From: Telmatocola sphagniphila
GTDB taxonomy: Bacteria > Planctomycetota > Planctomycetia > Gemmatales > Gemmataceae
Reading direction: 5' to 3'
NCBI RefSeq assembly: GCF_018398935.1
Contig: NZ_CP074694.1
Span: 2,700,001-2,732,000, forward strand
DNA length: 32,000 nt
Positions 7,752 through 16,076 of the stretch are shown here, one piece after another; the first letter of the stretch is position 1, and each line of letters starts with the position of its first letter. The translations under genes and the position numbers were made by a program. Under the pieces are notes generated by a model that was not told the origin of the DNA, did not search any database, and worked only from the letters and a program-made list of their open reading frames with translations.

Positions 7752-9821
7752 TCAGGGCTGGATGATCACGGTCGCCGTATCGCCCGGTAAGAGCTGCCAG
7801 CGTTCTTCGGTCGGATTTTCCAACTCGGCGATGATCCTCACCGTTTTGCCGTTCGGTTCCACCTGGGAACCTTTTTTGGGAATCACCCCTTTATAAACGT
7901 GCGTCAATTCTTCGGTATCGGGCAGTTTCCAGAGATAAACCGATCCCTTCTTGGTACCCGCAACAATGAATCCCCCCACCCCGACGGTCGAGAATGCCGC
8001 GGCGGTGGCCTGAGCGTTGTCATCGCAGATGAGGTTTTCCAGTTCGGCACTCTTCCCGCCCCCGGTCGGAGTTTTCCAGACCTGCAGGCTCCCCTCGGTC
8101 GAACCGGTGGTGACGATGACGCGATCGCCTTTTTCGTTCAGCTTGGGTGACAACAGGGCCAGACCGGCGAACTTGTTGCTTTCGGAAGGAGATTGCAAGG
8201 TGCTTTCAGTCACACCATCTCCCAAGGTCACGATATTCAATCGGGTGGGATCCTGGTCGATCAGCATGCGATTCCCATCGTCGCTGACACCAAGATTGGA
8301 AACTTCACCGCCGCGGTGGTCGAAGCTTCTTTCCACCGTGGCATTCTTGTCTCCCATCTTCCAGACGCAGGCGGCATCATTGTCCTTACCCACGGAAACC
8401 ACACGGCCCTGGGGCAGAAACGCCAGCTTAACTACTGGTTGGACGTGTTTGCGTTCTTCAAACTTGTAGAGTTTCTTCCCCGTCGCGGTTTCCCACAGAT
8501 AAATGTCCCGTTCATCCGACGTCACGCAATATTTGCCATCGGGAGAGATCGCACAAGCGAGAACCCCGCCCACATGGTGACCATCGAATTCTTTGGCTTC
8601 CGACTTGGGGGTACCGATGTACCAGAGTCGAGCTTTACCATCATCGCAACCGGTGACGATGAACTGTTTCGCCACGCTGGGAAGGGTGCAGGCGAGTGTA
8701 CGAACCGGTTCCTTATGCTTGAAAGAAGCTTTGATGGATTTCAAATCCCACATGTGAACCGAGCCATCTTCGCTGGCGACGAAGACCAGATGATCCGGCC
8801 CGAGTCGGGTCGTCGCGATAGCCGTGATTGGCCGGCTACTGGTTCGAGGCATCGTCAAGTATTTGCCCGTCTTACGGGAGGGCTGAATCGTGACGGCCAT
8901 ACCGTCCTGGATTAAGCCCAAGTTCTGAACGTCGACGGCCCCTTCGATTTGAAGGTGCTTAGTATCCTGGATTTGCAGAATGGTTTCGCCGGCCTTGATG
9001 GCATCTCCAGCCTGTTTATTGATTGATTGGACTCGTCCACTGAGTGCGGGCGAAATCGTGTGTCGCGACAGCTTCTCCTGGGCCGTATCAAATTCCACTT
9101 TGGATTTACCCAAAGCAGCCTTCTTAGACTCCGCCTGGGATTCCGCAACCGTGACTTGAGCTTTACTCTTCGCAACTTCGATATCGGGAACTGCGGCCTT
9201 ACCTTCTTTATTGGCTTTCAAATTGGATCTGTATTCGAGATCATAATACTCCACTTGTTTCCTTGCGGATTTTTCATCGGCAACCGCAACATCCATAGCT
9301 CGTAATGCGGAAAGAACATTTAAGATGGACATCTTATCCTCGAGTAAAGCGACGGGCTTGTCCTTCTCAACGTAATCGTTCACTCGCAGGCGGATATAGG
9401 TATAAATTTTCGCAGGTTGACCTTCTTGGGTATAAGGATCTTTCACATCCAAATATTCGAAGGGATCTGAAGGCTTCTGTTCGCCCGGACGCAAGGGACG
9501 CCCGATCCAACGGATCGTCCCTTCGAGTTCGCTCGGCACATCCTGCTTCGCGGGCAGAACAATGTGTCCCTGGGGGACCAGAATCGGATCGGCTTTGATA
9601 ACACCCGTCTTGATATCCGCTTTATCGAAGGCTACCGCTTTGGGATAAAGCAGGTTGCCGATCTCCACCGGGGTACTTGGCTGGTTGGAGGTCACATTCG
9701 TATTGGCCGAAGAAAGACCGTTACCGATGTTCACCGCATCGGACTTGATGGTTACCGGATCGCAAGCGGTCAGGGCCAGCAAGCCCACTCCTAGCAGCGG
9801 TAAAAATCTTCGCATATTCAT
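7752..9821 (-). CDS. Lipoprotein: HlyD-type adaptor with a 7-bladed WD40 beta-propeller inserted in its beta-barrel domain
   Basis: 689 aa. It has a signal peptide with lipobox LLALTAC. Next come a lipoyl half, a long coiled coil, a second half (SPALSGRVQSINKQAGDAIKAGETILQIQD) and the barrel start. Seven WD-like blades follow (VHMWDL, ARLWYI, IYLWET, ACVWKM, LNIVTL, LQVWKT, VYLWKL). The barrel then closes (GKTVRIIAELENPTEERWQLLPGDTATVIIQP). GAGG precedes the ATG. Confidence 0.8.
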   Translation of the reverse strand: MNMRRFLPLLGVGLLALTACDPVTIKSDAVNIGNGLSSANTNVTSNQPSTPVEIGNLLYPKAVAFDKADIKTGVIKADPILVPQGHIVLPAKQDVPSELEGTIRWIGRPLRPGEQKPSDPFEYLDVKDPYTQEGQPAKIYTYIRLRVNDYVEKDKPVALLEDKMSILNVLSALRAMDVAVADEKSARKQVEYYDLEYRSNLKANKEGKAAVPDIEVAKSKAQVTVAESQAESKKAALGKSKVEFDTAQEKLSRHTISPALSGRVQSINKQAGDAIKAGETILQIQDTKHLQIEGAVDVQNLGLIQDGMAVTIQPSRKTGKYLTMPRTSSRPITAIATTRLGPDHLVFVASEDGSVHMWDLKSIKASFKHKEPVRTLACTLPSVAKQFIVTGCDDGKARLWYIGTPKSEAKEFDGHHVGGVLACAISPDGKYCVTSDERDIYLWETATGKKLYKFEERKHVQPVVKLAFLPQGRVVSVGKDNDAACVWKMGDKNATVERSFDHRGGEVSNLGVSDDGNRMLIDQDPTRLNIVTLGDGVTESTLQSPSESNKFAGLALLSPKLNEKGDRVIVTTGSTEGSLQVWKTPTGGGKSAELENLICDDNAQATAAAFSTVGVGGFIVAGTKKGSVYLWKLPDTEELTHVYKGVIPKKGSQVEPNGKTVRIIAELENPTEERWQLLPGDTATVIIQP

Positions 9822-9910
9822 GATACCTCGGAGAATAAGTTTAAGCTAACCCAGCCAGCGCTATACGTGAAATAAACCGGAGCAACTCGTGGCCGCTCCA
9901 GGGAAGTCAT
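9818..9910 (-). CDS. Candidate 30-codon sORF (MTSLERPRVAPVYFTYSAGWVSLNLFSEVS) filling the gap between the GAF-adaptor and WD40-adaptor genes
   Basis: Hand translation of the minus strand: the ATG at 9910 lies 5 nt after the upstream TAA, and the TGA at 9820..9818 overlaps the downstream ATG (ATGA). There is no homology evidence. It is supported only by its exact fit and its coupling at both ends. Confidence 0.25.
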   Translation of the reverse strand: MTSLERPRVAPVYFTYSAGWVSLNLFSEVS

Positions 9911-9915
9911 AATTT

Positions 9916-12060
9916 TTACAACCAGAAAATTACGTGTTCGTGCAGGAAGTCGAACACGCCGTAAAACAGCGAATAGCCCAGAGAGTGATTGCCGCAACGG
10001 ATATTGGTTTTCACTTCCAGGCCCGTTAGCAACAAACCCTGTTGAATGTGTTCATCGAGAGGCATTTCCGGATCGTTCACAGTGACGATTGCCGTGACCA
10101 CCGGCTCGGATTCGTTGTGATCATCCTTATTCGCAACGGCTTCGCTCGTGATATCCTTGCGATAGAGCCGTCCCGCATACTTCACGGTGGTCTGGCTCGA
10201 GAGCATCACGTCCACATTCAAGTACTCGTTCGGATCCTTGGTCTGGAACGCACGAAGAATCTGGCCGATGTGCTTTTGGGGAATCTTCTGTTCGATTTCC
10301 CAAGCGCCGGAGGTGTTCGCGATTCGCAGGATTGGTTCCGTGGGTTTCAGAGGCCGATTCAACAGGGTTTCGCGTTGATCGGGGGAAATTACGTGCCATT
10401 CGGGGATTGCCCCGTTACCTACGCGTGCTCGTTCGAACTGGGGAGCTTGCACTACGATGACGCCAGGTTTATTGATATCCGAGTTAGTCGATTTCAGTTT
10501 CTGATTGAGTTCTTCCGACTTGGCCCGCAAGGTCGTGCGGTATTCTTCCAGCTTAGATGCTCGATCCGCCTTTTGATCGGGAGTCATTTTGTCATCTCCC
10601 AAAGCATTCTGCTGCAGCACGTCGATATTGTTTTTCGCCCCGTCAATTTCCGTTTTCAGCTTCATGATATCGGCTTTAAGCTCATTCGATTCCAGAATGG
10701 CGACGGGAGTTTTCGGCAGCACGACATCGCGCGGTTTAACCCGAATTTCGCGGACCTGCCCTTCCATTTGCGGGAAGATATAACGGCGTTCCTTGGGCAG
10801 CAATTGCCCCTTTGCATCCATTTTCAGCGGGTAAGGAACATAAATCATCGCGCAAGTAATGAGTGCCGCGAGGGCAAGACCAAAAATCGTGTAAAGCCGC
10901 GTCTTCCCCCCAACGCCCTTCTGCACCCAGGAAACCGGTTTCCAGACCACCTTCAAAGGAACGGCCTTCATTTCCGCCGCGTTGTATAAAGCACTAGCGG
11001 CGTGGGGAGCCATCACTTCCAGGCGTTGAATGAGTGGTTCGCTGCGTTCGGGCGGCTCAAAGCATTCCATCAAGATGGCCGAGCGGCAGGGCTTCTCTTT
11101 TTCCTTGTCCTTGGGCCGTTCCCGCTCATCGCGAATCGGTTTGAGGACCAGCAATTTCGAGTTGCTCTCGGCTAAATAGCGATCAAGAGCATTCAAAACA
11201 GCAGGCGGCAACGATTCATCGCGCTGGCCACGATAGGTCAAAGTTTCGTTCCATTCGATCACTTTGTCGAATAGCTTCCGCATCGACCGAACGTGTGTAC
11301 TCGATTTTTCGACGACATCCGCGCCGCTGACGCACTCTACCGTCGTTTTGCGGCCATGCTGCACACCGACCGAAACCCGGTCGCATTGGATGAGTCGTCG
11401 GCCTTCATTGGCGATCTGGAAAGCGACTTCGGCCGGAGAGAGCGAACTGTGGATTTTCTGGGTGAATTTCTCGAGTCCCTGCCAGACTTCTTCCTGCTGC
11501 GTATTTTTTCGGGCCGAGTGATTGCGGTTGTAATTCGACGCATAACCGGCCATCTGCTCGATGTAGCGGTAAAAAGTAGCGTGAATCCGGTTATCGGTAT
11601 AAGGTTCGGTCCAGACTTCGAGCAGTCCGACAATGGCATTCTCGTCCGATACGATCGGCGAGAGAATGACCACATAATCGGTCAGGTTCGCAGCCTGGCT
11701 GCCATCCTCCGCGCTCATGGCCGCGTAAGGTTCGAGCATAATGGGCCGGGCCACCGCGAAGGCCTGCCGTAGCAACTCGTTGTGAATCTGACGTCCCTGC
11801 GGTTTATCGTCGAGGCCGACTTTGGCCATATTCTGCTGGCATTGAATCTGAAGGAAGCCTTGCGGCGTCTTGATCCAGACTGCGCCGGCGAAGCCATCGA
11901 TCCCGGCCAGGACCCGGGCCAGGAAAGTCTCGAAGTAATCGGTGGGAGGGAGGTTGGAACCCGAAAGCTTGGCAACTTCTTCGAATGCAGTGTCTATCTG
12001 ACGGGAGAGACGCTTCATTCCGTCGTTGTCTAAAGACATGGGAGTAACCTTGTTTACCAC
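9916..12060 (-). CDS. Tandem-GAF, single-TM, HlyD-type adaptor fusion protein
   Basis: 714 aa from GTG 12060 (alternative ATG at 12039). It has two GAF-like segments (..VVILSPIVSDENAIVGLLEVWTEP.. and ..RLIQCDRVSVGV...SAILMECFEP..). These are followed by the TM helix LYTIFGLALAALITCAMIYV, a lipoyl-like half (GQVREIRVKPRDVVLPKTPVAILES), a coiled coil, a beta-barrel, and a HlyD-like hydrophobic C-terminal tail. Confidence 0.75.
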   Translation of the reverse strand: MVNKVTPMSLDNDGMKRLSRQIDTAFEEVAKLSGSNLPPTDYFETFLARVLAGIDGFAGAVWIKTPQGFLQIQCQQNMAKVGLDDKPQGRQIHNELLRQAFAVARPIMLEPYAAMSAEDGSQAANLTDYVVILSPIVSDENAIVGLLEVWTEPYTDNRIHATFYRYIEQMAGYASNYNRNHSARKNTQQEEVWQGLEKFTQKIHSSLSPAEVAFQIANEGRRLIQCDRVSVGVQHGRKTTVECVSGADVVEKSSTHVRSMRKLFDKVIEWNETLTYRGQRDESLPPAVLNALDRYLAESNSKLLVLKPIRDERERPKDKEKEKPCRSAILMECFEPPERSEPLIQRLEVMAPHAASALYNAAEMKAVPLKVVWKPVSWVQKGVGGKTRLYTIFGLALAALITCAMIYVPYPLKMDAKGQLLPKERRYIFPQMEGQVREIRVKPRDVVLPKTPVAILESNELKADIMKLKTEIDGAKNNIDVLQQNALGDDKMTPDQKADRASKLEEYRTTLRAKSEELNQKLKSTNSDINKPGVIVVQAPQFERARVGNGAIPEWHVISPDQRETLLNRPLKPTEPILRIANTSGAWEIEQKIPQKHIGQILRAFQTKDPNEYLNVDVMLSSQTTVKYAGRLYRKDITSEAVANKDDHNESEPVVTAIVTVNDPEMPLDEHIQQGLLLTGLEVKTNIRCGNHSLGYSLFYGVFDFLHEHVIFWL

Positions 12061-12320
12061 GGAGGCAACCTCGCTCGTCTGAAAATTAACGAAATAGTCG
12101 AACTACCATTCTATCAGGAAGGTCCAGCGCTGATGCAATCGTTTTTATCGGAAAAATCCCTTTTATTGGACTTATCCAACGTCTGTAGAGTGCCAACCTC
12201 TGGGCGCACAATCCTCATTATCGGATAGACGGTATGATCGGCTAAATCGCTTTAAGTTGATTTCGGGCGATTCAATCGGTGAAATGTATTAAATCGTTAT
12301 AAATCCTACAAAAGTCAAAT

Positions 12321-12674
12321 TCAGAACTGAGCCAGATGATCATTTTCCCATTTTAATATTCGCGCCATGGCTTCATCCGCTTCACATTTTTCTTCCGGTA
12401 TCGGAAATTGGAATCGCTCGGTAGCCGCTAGCTGCAGCGCGCCGGCTTTGGAGTGACCATCCGACCAGAGAACCACGAATTTGCTGATCGCTCGGGCTTT
12501 TTTCTGCAGTTGACCGATTTTTTGATTGGCGTCGCCGACGTCGGGGATTGTTTCTTCGAGCAGTTCCGCCCAATCAACGAGCCACTCCACGAGCATGCGG
12601 GCTTCGATATCCCCCAGTCCGCGCGTCAGAGCTTCGTCATTGATTATGCGACGATACATCGGTTCTACAATCAT
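12321..12674 (-). CDS. Hypothetical small acidic helical protein
   Basis: The track ORF begins at GTG 12689. The ATG at 12674 is preceded by GAGGGGGA at good spacing, so 117 aa (MIVEPMYRRIINDEAL...) is more likely. I recognise no motif. It is co-directional with the adaptor-chimera operon and lies 260 bp upstream of it. Confidence 0.6.
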   Translation of the reverse strand: MIVEPMYRRIINDEALTRGLGDIEARMLVEWLVDWAELLEETIPDVGDANQKIGQLQKKARAISKFVVLWSDGHSKAGALQLAATERFQFPIPEEKCEADEAMARILKWENDHLAQF

Positions 12675-12936
12675 CCAATTCCCCCTCACATCATTGCGGT
12701 CGGTGAAACGAACTTACCCCGGATCGATCTTGGGAGTATTCGAATGAATCGCTCCCCAGGTCCACTGGGATGGAAGAACTTCCCCGCCGCTCTGAATAGC
12801 CGTCAGGCCCCCACTGACAGGCGGGACCATAACGGTCGGCAGCTTTAGAAGCAACCTCAACCTTATCCTGTTGCGTTCAACCCCTTTTCAAGCGTATAAC
12901 AGCATTTCAGCCAACATAAGAAAAACAGGAACAGGT

Positions 12937-15282
12937 ATGTATTCGATCTCGCCGGGATTGTTCGGAATAATCGCCAACTCCTCTCAACTCGAATGGCTGG
13001 ACCTTTTCGCAATCTGCGCAGCTTTCCTGCTTTACCTTTTCGGGCTGATACTTTTCCCCAGATTTTTCGCTCAACCCCTAATCTGGTTGCTCACACACAC
13101 CATCTATAGGGTTCGCATTTTCGACCGCGACAAAGTTCCCGCGGAAGGACCGGCTCTGATCGTTTGTAATCATGTCAGCTATGTCGATTGGCTTTTTGTC
13201 TGGGCGGCTTGCCCGCGCAAGGTGCGATTTGTCGGCTGGGCCGGTTTCGCCAAGTACCGATTGATCTCCTGGGTTTTTCAGATCACCAATACGATCCCCA
13301 TCGATATGCGGGCCAGCCCGAAGGCGATTCTGCGAACGCTGGACAGCATTGCGGAAGCGCTGGACGCCGGAGAGGTCATTTGCATTTTCCCGGAAGCCAC
13401 TCTGACGCGGACGGGAACCATGCTGCCCTTCCATCGCGGCATGGAACGAATTCTGAAAAATACGAAACGCGATGTGCCGATTATCCCCACGTTTCTCAGT
13501 CAGGTCTGGGGATCAATCTTCAGCTACCGGACTGGTAAATTGTTCTGGAAGCTGCCGGAACAGATTCCCTACCCCGTCATGGTCACTTTCGGTTCAGCAT
13601 TACCGAAAACCACACCAGCAGCTGAAGTGAGGCGCGTCCTCGAAGAAGTTTCGGCCGAGGCGGCCATTCGCGAGCAGGCGTATCTGCTCCCCCCCCATCG
13701 CTGCTTCGTTCGAAGGGCGTGCAAATTCCGATTTTTGAACAAGCCCTGCATCATAGACACCAGTACTCCCGTGCACCGCACGCTGAGCTTCGGGAAGACT
13801 CTGGTCGCCAGCATCTGTTTGTCGCGCTGGTTAAAAACCAAATTGGGAAATGAAATCTACGTCGGCATTTGGCTTCCCTCCAGCGCGGGCTGCGCGCTCG
13901 CAAACGTAGCCCTGGGATTACTTGGAAAAACGACCGTTAATCTCAACTACACGGCCGGAAAGGAAGCCAACCTCTCTTCAGCCCGTCACGGTATGAAAGC
14001 CGTTCTGACCTCCCGGAAGTTCCTCGAAAAGATTCCTCTGGAATTAGATGACTCCATCGAGCGAATTTTTCTCGAAGACGGCGTCAAAGCGATCAGCAAG
14101 TACCAGCAAATTTCCACTTTCCTGAAAGTCGTTTTGCTTCCTGGGTGGGTGGTCGATCTTTTCGTACTGCGGTTGGGTAAGCAAAGCGTCAAAGATCAGG
14201 CCACGGTCATCTTCTCGAGCGGCACTACCGGTCAACCCAAGGGAATCGTTCTCAGCCACGGAAATATCACTTCGGAAGTCTCCTCATTCTGTCAGCGGGT
14301 GGGCTTCATTACCTCCGACCGATTTCTGGGCGTTTTGCCGATCTTCCACAGTTTTGGCTACACGGTCACCTTCTGGGCTCCGCTGGTTTCCGGATTTTCG
14401 GTCGTGTTCTATCCCGATCCCCGTCAGGCCCGAGAGATTGGTGAAATCTGCCGGAAACACCGGTGCACACTCCTGGCCAGTACCGCCACTTTTCTGCGCC
14501 TCTACATTCGCCGTACTGAAAAAGCGGACTTCGCAACTTTGCGGATCATCGTCTGCGGCGCCGAGAAATTACCGCCGACTCTCGCCGAGGAATTCCACAA
14601 AACCTTCGACATCTGGCCTCAGGAGGGTTACGGCTGTACCGAACTTTCCCCCGTAGTTTCGGTAAACATCGCGGATGTCGCCCTGGGAGGTTTAACGCAA
14701 CAGAACCAGCGCATCGGCTCGATCGGCCAGCCGATTCCGGGAGTCGCCGCACGCATCGTCAATCCCGATACTTACGAATCGCTCGGCCTAAACAAGGAGG
14801 GGATGCTCCTAATCAAAGGGCCGAACGTCATGCTCGGCTATCTGAACCAACCGGAAATGACGGCCAAGGTCATTCGAGATGGATGGTATGTCACGGGCGA
14901 TATGGGTAAGATCGACGATGATGGCTTCATTTACATCACCGGTCGAATCTCTCGCTTCGCCAAGATTGGCGGCGAAATGGTACCGCTGGAAAAAGTCGAA
15001 GAGGAGATGCTCAATATTGTCGGAACGGCCGATCGCCTTCTGGCTTTAACCGCCATACCAGATGAACGCAAAGGCGAACGCCTGATGGTATTACACCTAT
15101 CGTCCCTGCAGGCCAACAAAAAAGAGATCCTGACGAAATTGAGCGAAAAAGGAATTCCCAATCTCTGGATTCCGGGCGAGCGGGACTTCTTCCAGATCGA
15201 AGAACTGCCCGTGTTAGGTACCGGCAAACTCGACCTCAAGAAACTCAAAGATCTGGCGCTGGAGATAGGTAAAAAATCGTGA
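12937..15282 (+). CDS. aas: Bifunctional lysophospholipid acyltransferase / acyl-ACP (AMP-forming) synthetase, Aas-like
   Basis: It has an N-terminal TM, then the PlsC acyltransferase motifs NHVSYVDW and FPEATLTRTG. An adenylate-forming domain follows (SSGTTGQPKGIVLSHGN, GYGCTE, TGDMG, GGEMV). The track starts at TTG 12871. The ATG at 12937 has an AGGAACAGG upstream and is preferred. Confidence 0.85.
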   Translation: MYSISPGLFGIIANSSQLEWLDLFAICAAFLLYLFGLILFPRFFAQPLIWLLTHTIYRVRIFDRDKVPAEGPALIVCNHVSYVDWLFVWAACPRKVRFVGWAGFAKYRLISWVFQITNTIPIDMRASPKAILRTLDSIAEALDAGEVICIFPEATLTRTGTMLPFHRGMERILKNTKRDVPIIPTFLSQVWGSIFSYRTGKLFWKLPEQIPYPVMVTFGSALPKTTPAAEVRRVLEEVSAEAAIREQAYLLPPHRCFVRRACKFRFLNKPCIIDTSTPVHRTLSFGKTLVASICLSRWLKTKLGNEIYVGIWLPSSAGCALANVALGLLGKTTVNLNYTAGKEANLSSARHGMKAVLTSRKFLEKIPLELDDSIERIFLEDGVKAISKYQQISTFLKVVLLPGWVVDLFVLRLGKQSVKDQATVIFSSGTTGQPKGIVLSHGNITSEVSSFCQRVGFITSDRFLGVLPIFHSFGYTVTFWAPLVSGFSVVFYPDPRQAREIGEICRKHRCTLLASTATFLRLYIRRTEKADFATLRIIVCGAEKLPPTLAEEFHKTFDIWPQEGYGCTELSPVVSVNIADVALGGLTQQNQRIGSIGQPIPGVAARIVNPDTYESLGLNKEGMLLIKGPNVMLGYLNQPEMTAKVIRDGWYVTGDMGKIDDDGFIYITGRISRFAKIGGEMVPLEKVEEEMLNIVGTADRLLALTAIPDERKGERLMVLHLSSLQANKKEILTKLSEKGIPNLWIPGERDFFQIEELPVLGTGKLDLKKLKDLALEIGKKS

Positions 15283-16076
15283 CCGTTCCTTATGATGTCC
15301 GCCGGTGTCGGGTTGTGCTGGTTCAACCTTATTATGAAGGGAATGTCGGTTCGGTTGCCCGGTTGATGCGCAACTTCGGGTTGGAAGAATTGGTCTGCGT
15401 CCGCCCGATTGCCGATATTCTCAGCCCGGAAGCAAGACGGCTCTCCACGCACGCCTGGCCGATCCTGGAGAAAGCCCGCATCGTCGATTCCATTGATGAA
15501 GCGCTTGAGGGCGTGGCCTATGCCCTGTGCACCTCGGCAAAAGTGGCTGGTCTCTATCGCGAACAGCATTATGGCCGGCCGGATGAGCTACTTCCCAAAT
15601 TGGTGCAGGTTCTCCCCTCGGCCTCGACCGCCCTCGTCTTTGGACCGGAACCGCACGGCTTGTCGAATGAGGAAGTGGCCCGCTGCCATGGCGTGATTCG
15701 GATTCTCACCGAGAATCTCGAATCGGCTCTCAATCTGTCGCACGCGGTGGGAATCTGCCTTTACGAATTGCATATGTCGAAGCTGCGGCTGCAAGGAACT
15801 GCTCAAGGGTCGACGCGAAAGATCGCTACTTTCCAGGAGCAGGAGAGAATGTTCCAGCATCTCCAGGAAAGCCTGGAGGCTTTGCATTTTCTTTTTGGCC
15901 AGAGATCGGATTCGTTGATGAATGCTTTTCGGCAACTCATCATTCGCGCCCATCCGACCCACGCGGAGGTAAAGATTCTCCATGGTTTGGCCCGGCAGAT
16001 TCTCTGGCAGGTTCAGCATGGCACTCCGCTCGAACAACCCATAGACCTTGATTCGCCTCCCGAGGAGAACTCCTGA
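15279..16076 (+). CDS. trmJ: SpoU/TrmJ-class RNA 2'-O-methyltransferase
   Basis: 265 aa. It shows SPOUT motifs (VLVQPYYEGNVGSVARLMRNFG, ALVFGPEPHGLSNEEV, ESALNLSHAVGICLYEL). Its GTG start overlaps the aas stop (GTGA). Confidence 0.75.
   Translation: MTVPYDVRRCRVVLVQPYYEGNVGSVARLMRNFGLEELVCVRPIADILSPEARRLSTHAWPILEKARIVDSIDEALEGVAYALCTSAKVAGLYREQHYGRPDELLPKLVQVLPSASTALVFGPEPHGLSNEEVARCHGVIRILTENLESALNLSHAVGICLYELHMSKLRLQGTAQGSTRKIATFQEQERMFQHLQESLEALHFLFGQRSDSLMNAFRQLIIRAHPTHAEVKILHGLARQILWQVQHGTPLEQPIDLDSPPEENS

Noticed and set aside
5485-11772. Long plus-strand ORFs antisense to the adaptor-chimera genes (e.g. 5485..6375, 8193..8915, 10042..10989, 11293..11772)
   Set aside because: They contain no recognisable domain and have a biased R/H/F/I composition. 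The minus-strand frames contain coherent multi-domain proteins.
12114-12218. 34-codon minus-strand sORF (MRIVRPEVGTLQTLDKSNKRDFSDKNDCISAGPS) in the region upstream of the operon
   Set aside because: It has no RBS and is not coupled to neighbouring genes. It overlaps the only promoter-like hexamer pair in the region and has a hydrophilic, featureless sequence. It is weaker than the 9818..9910 sORF.
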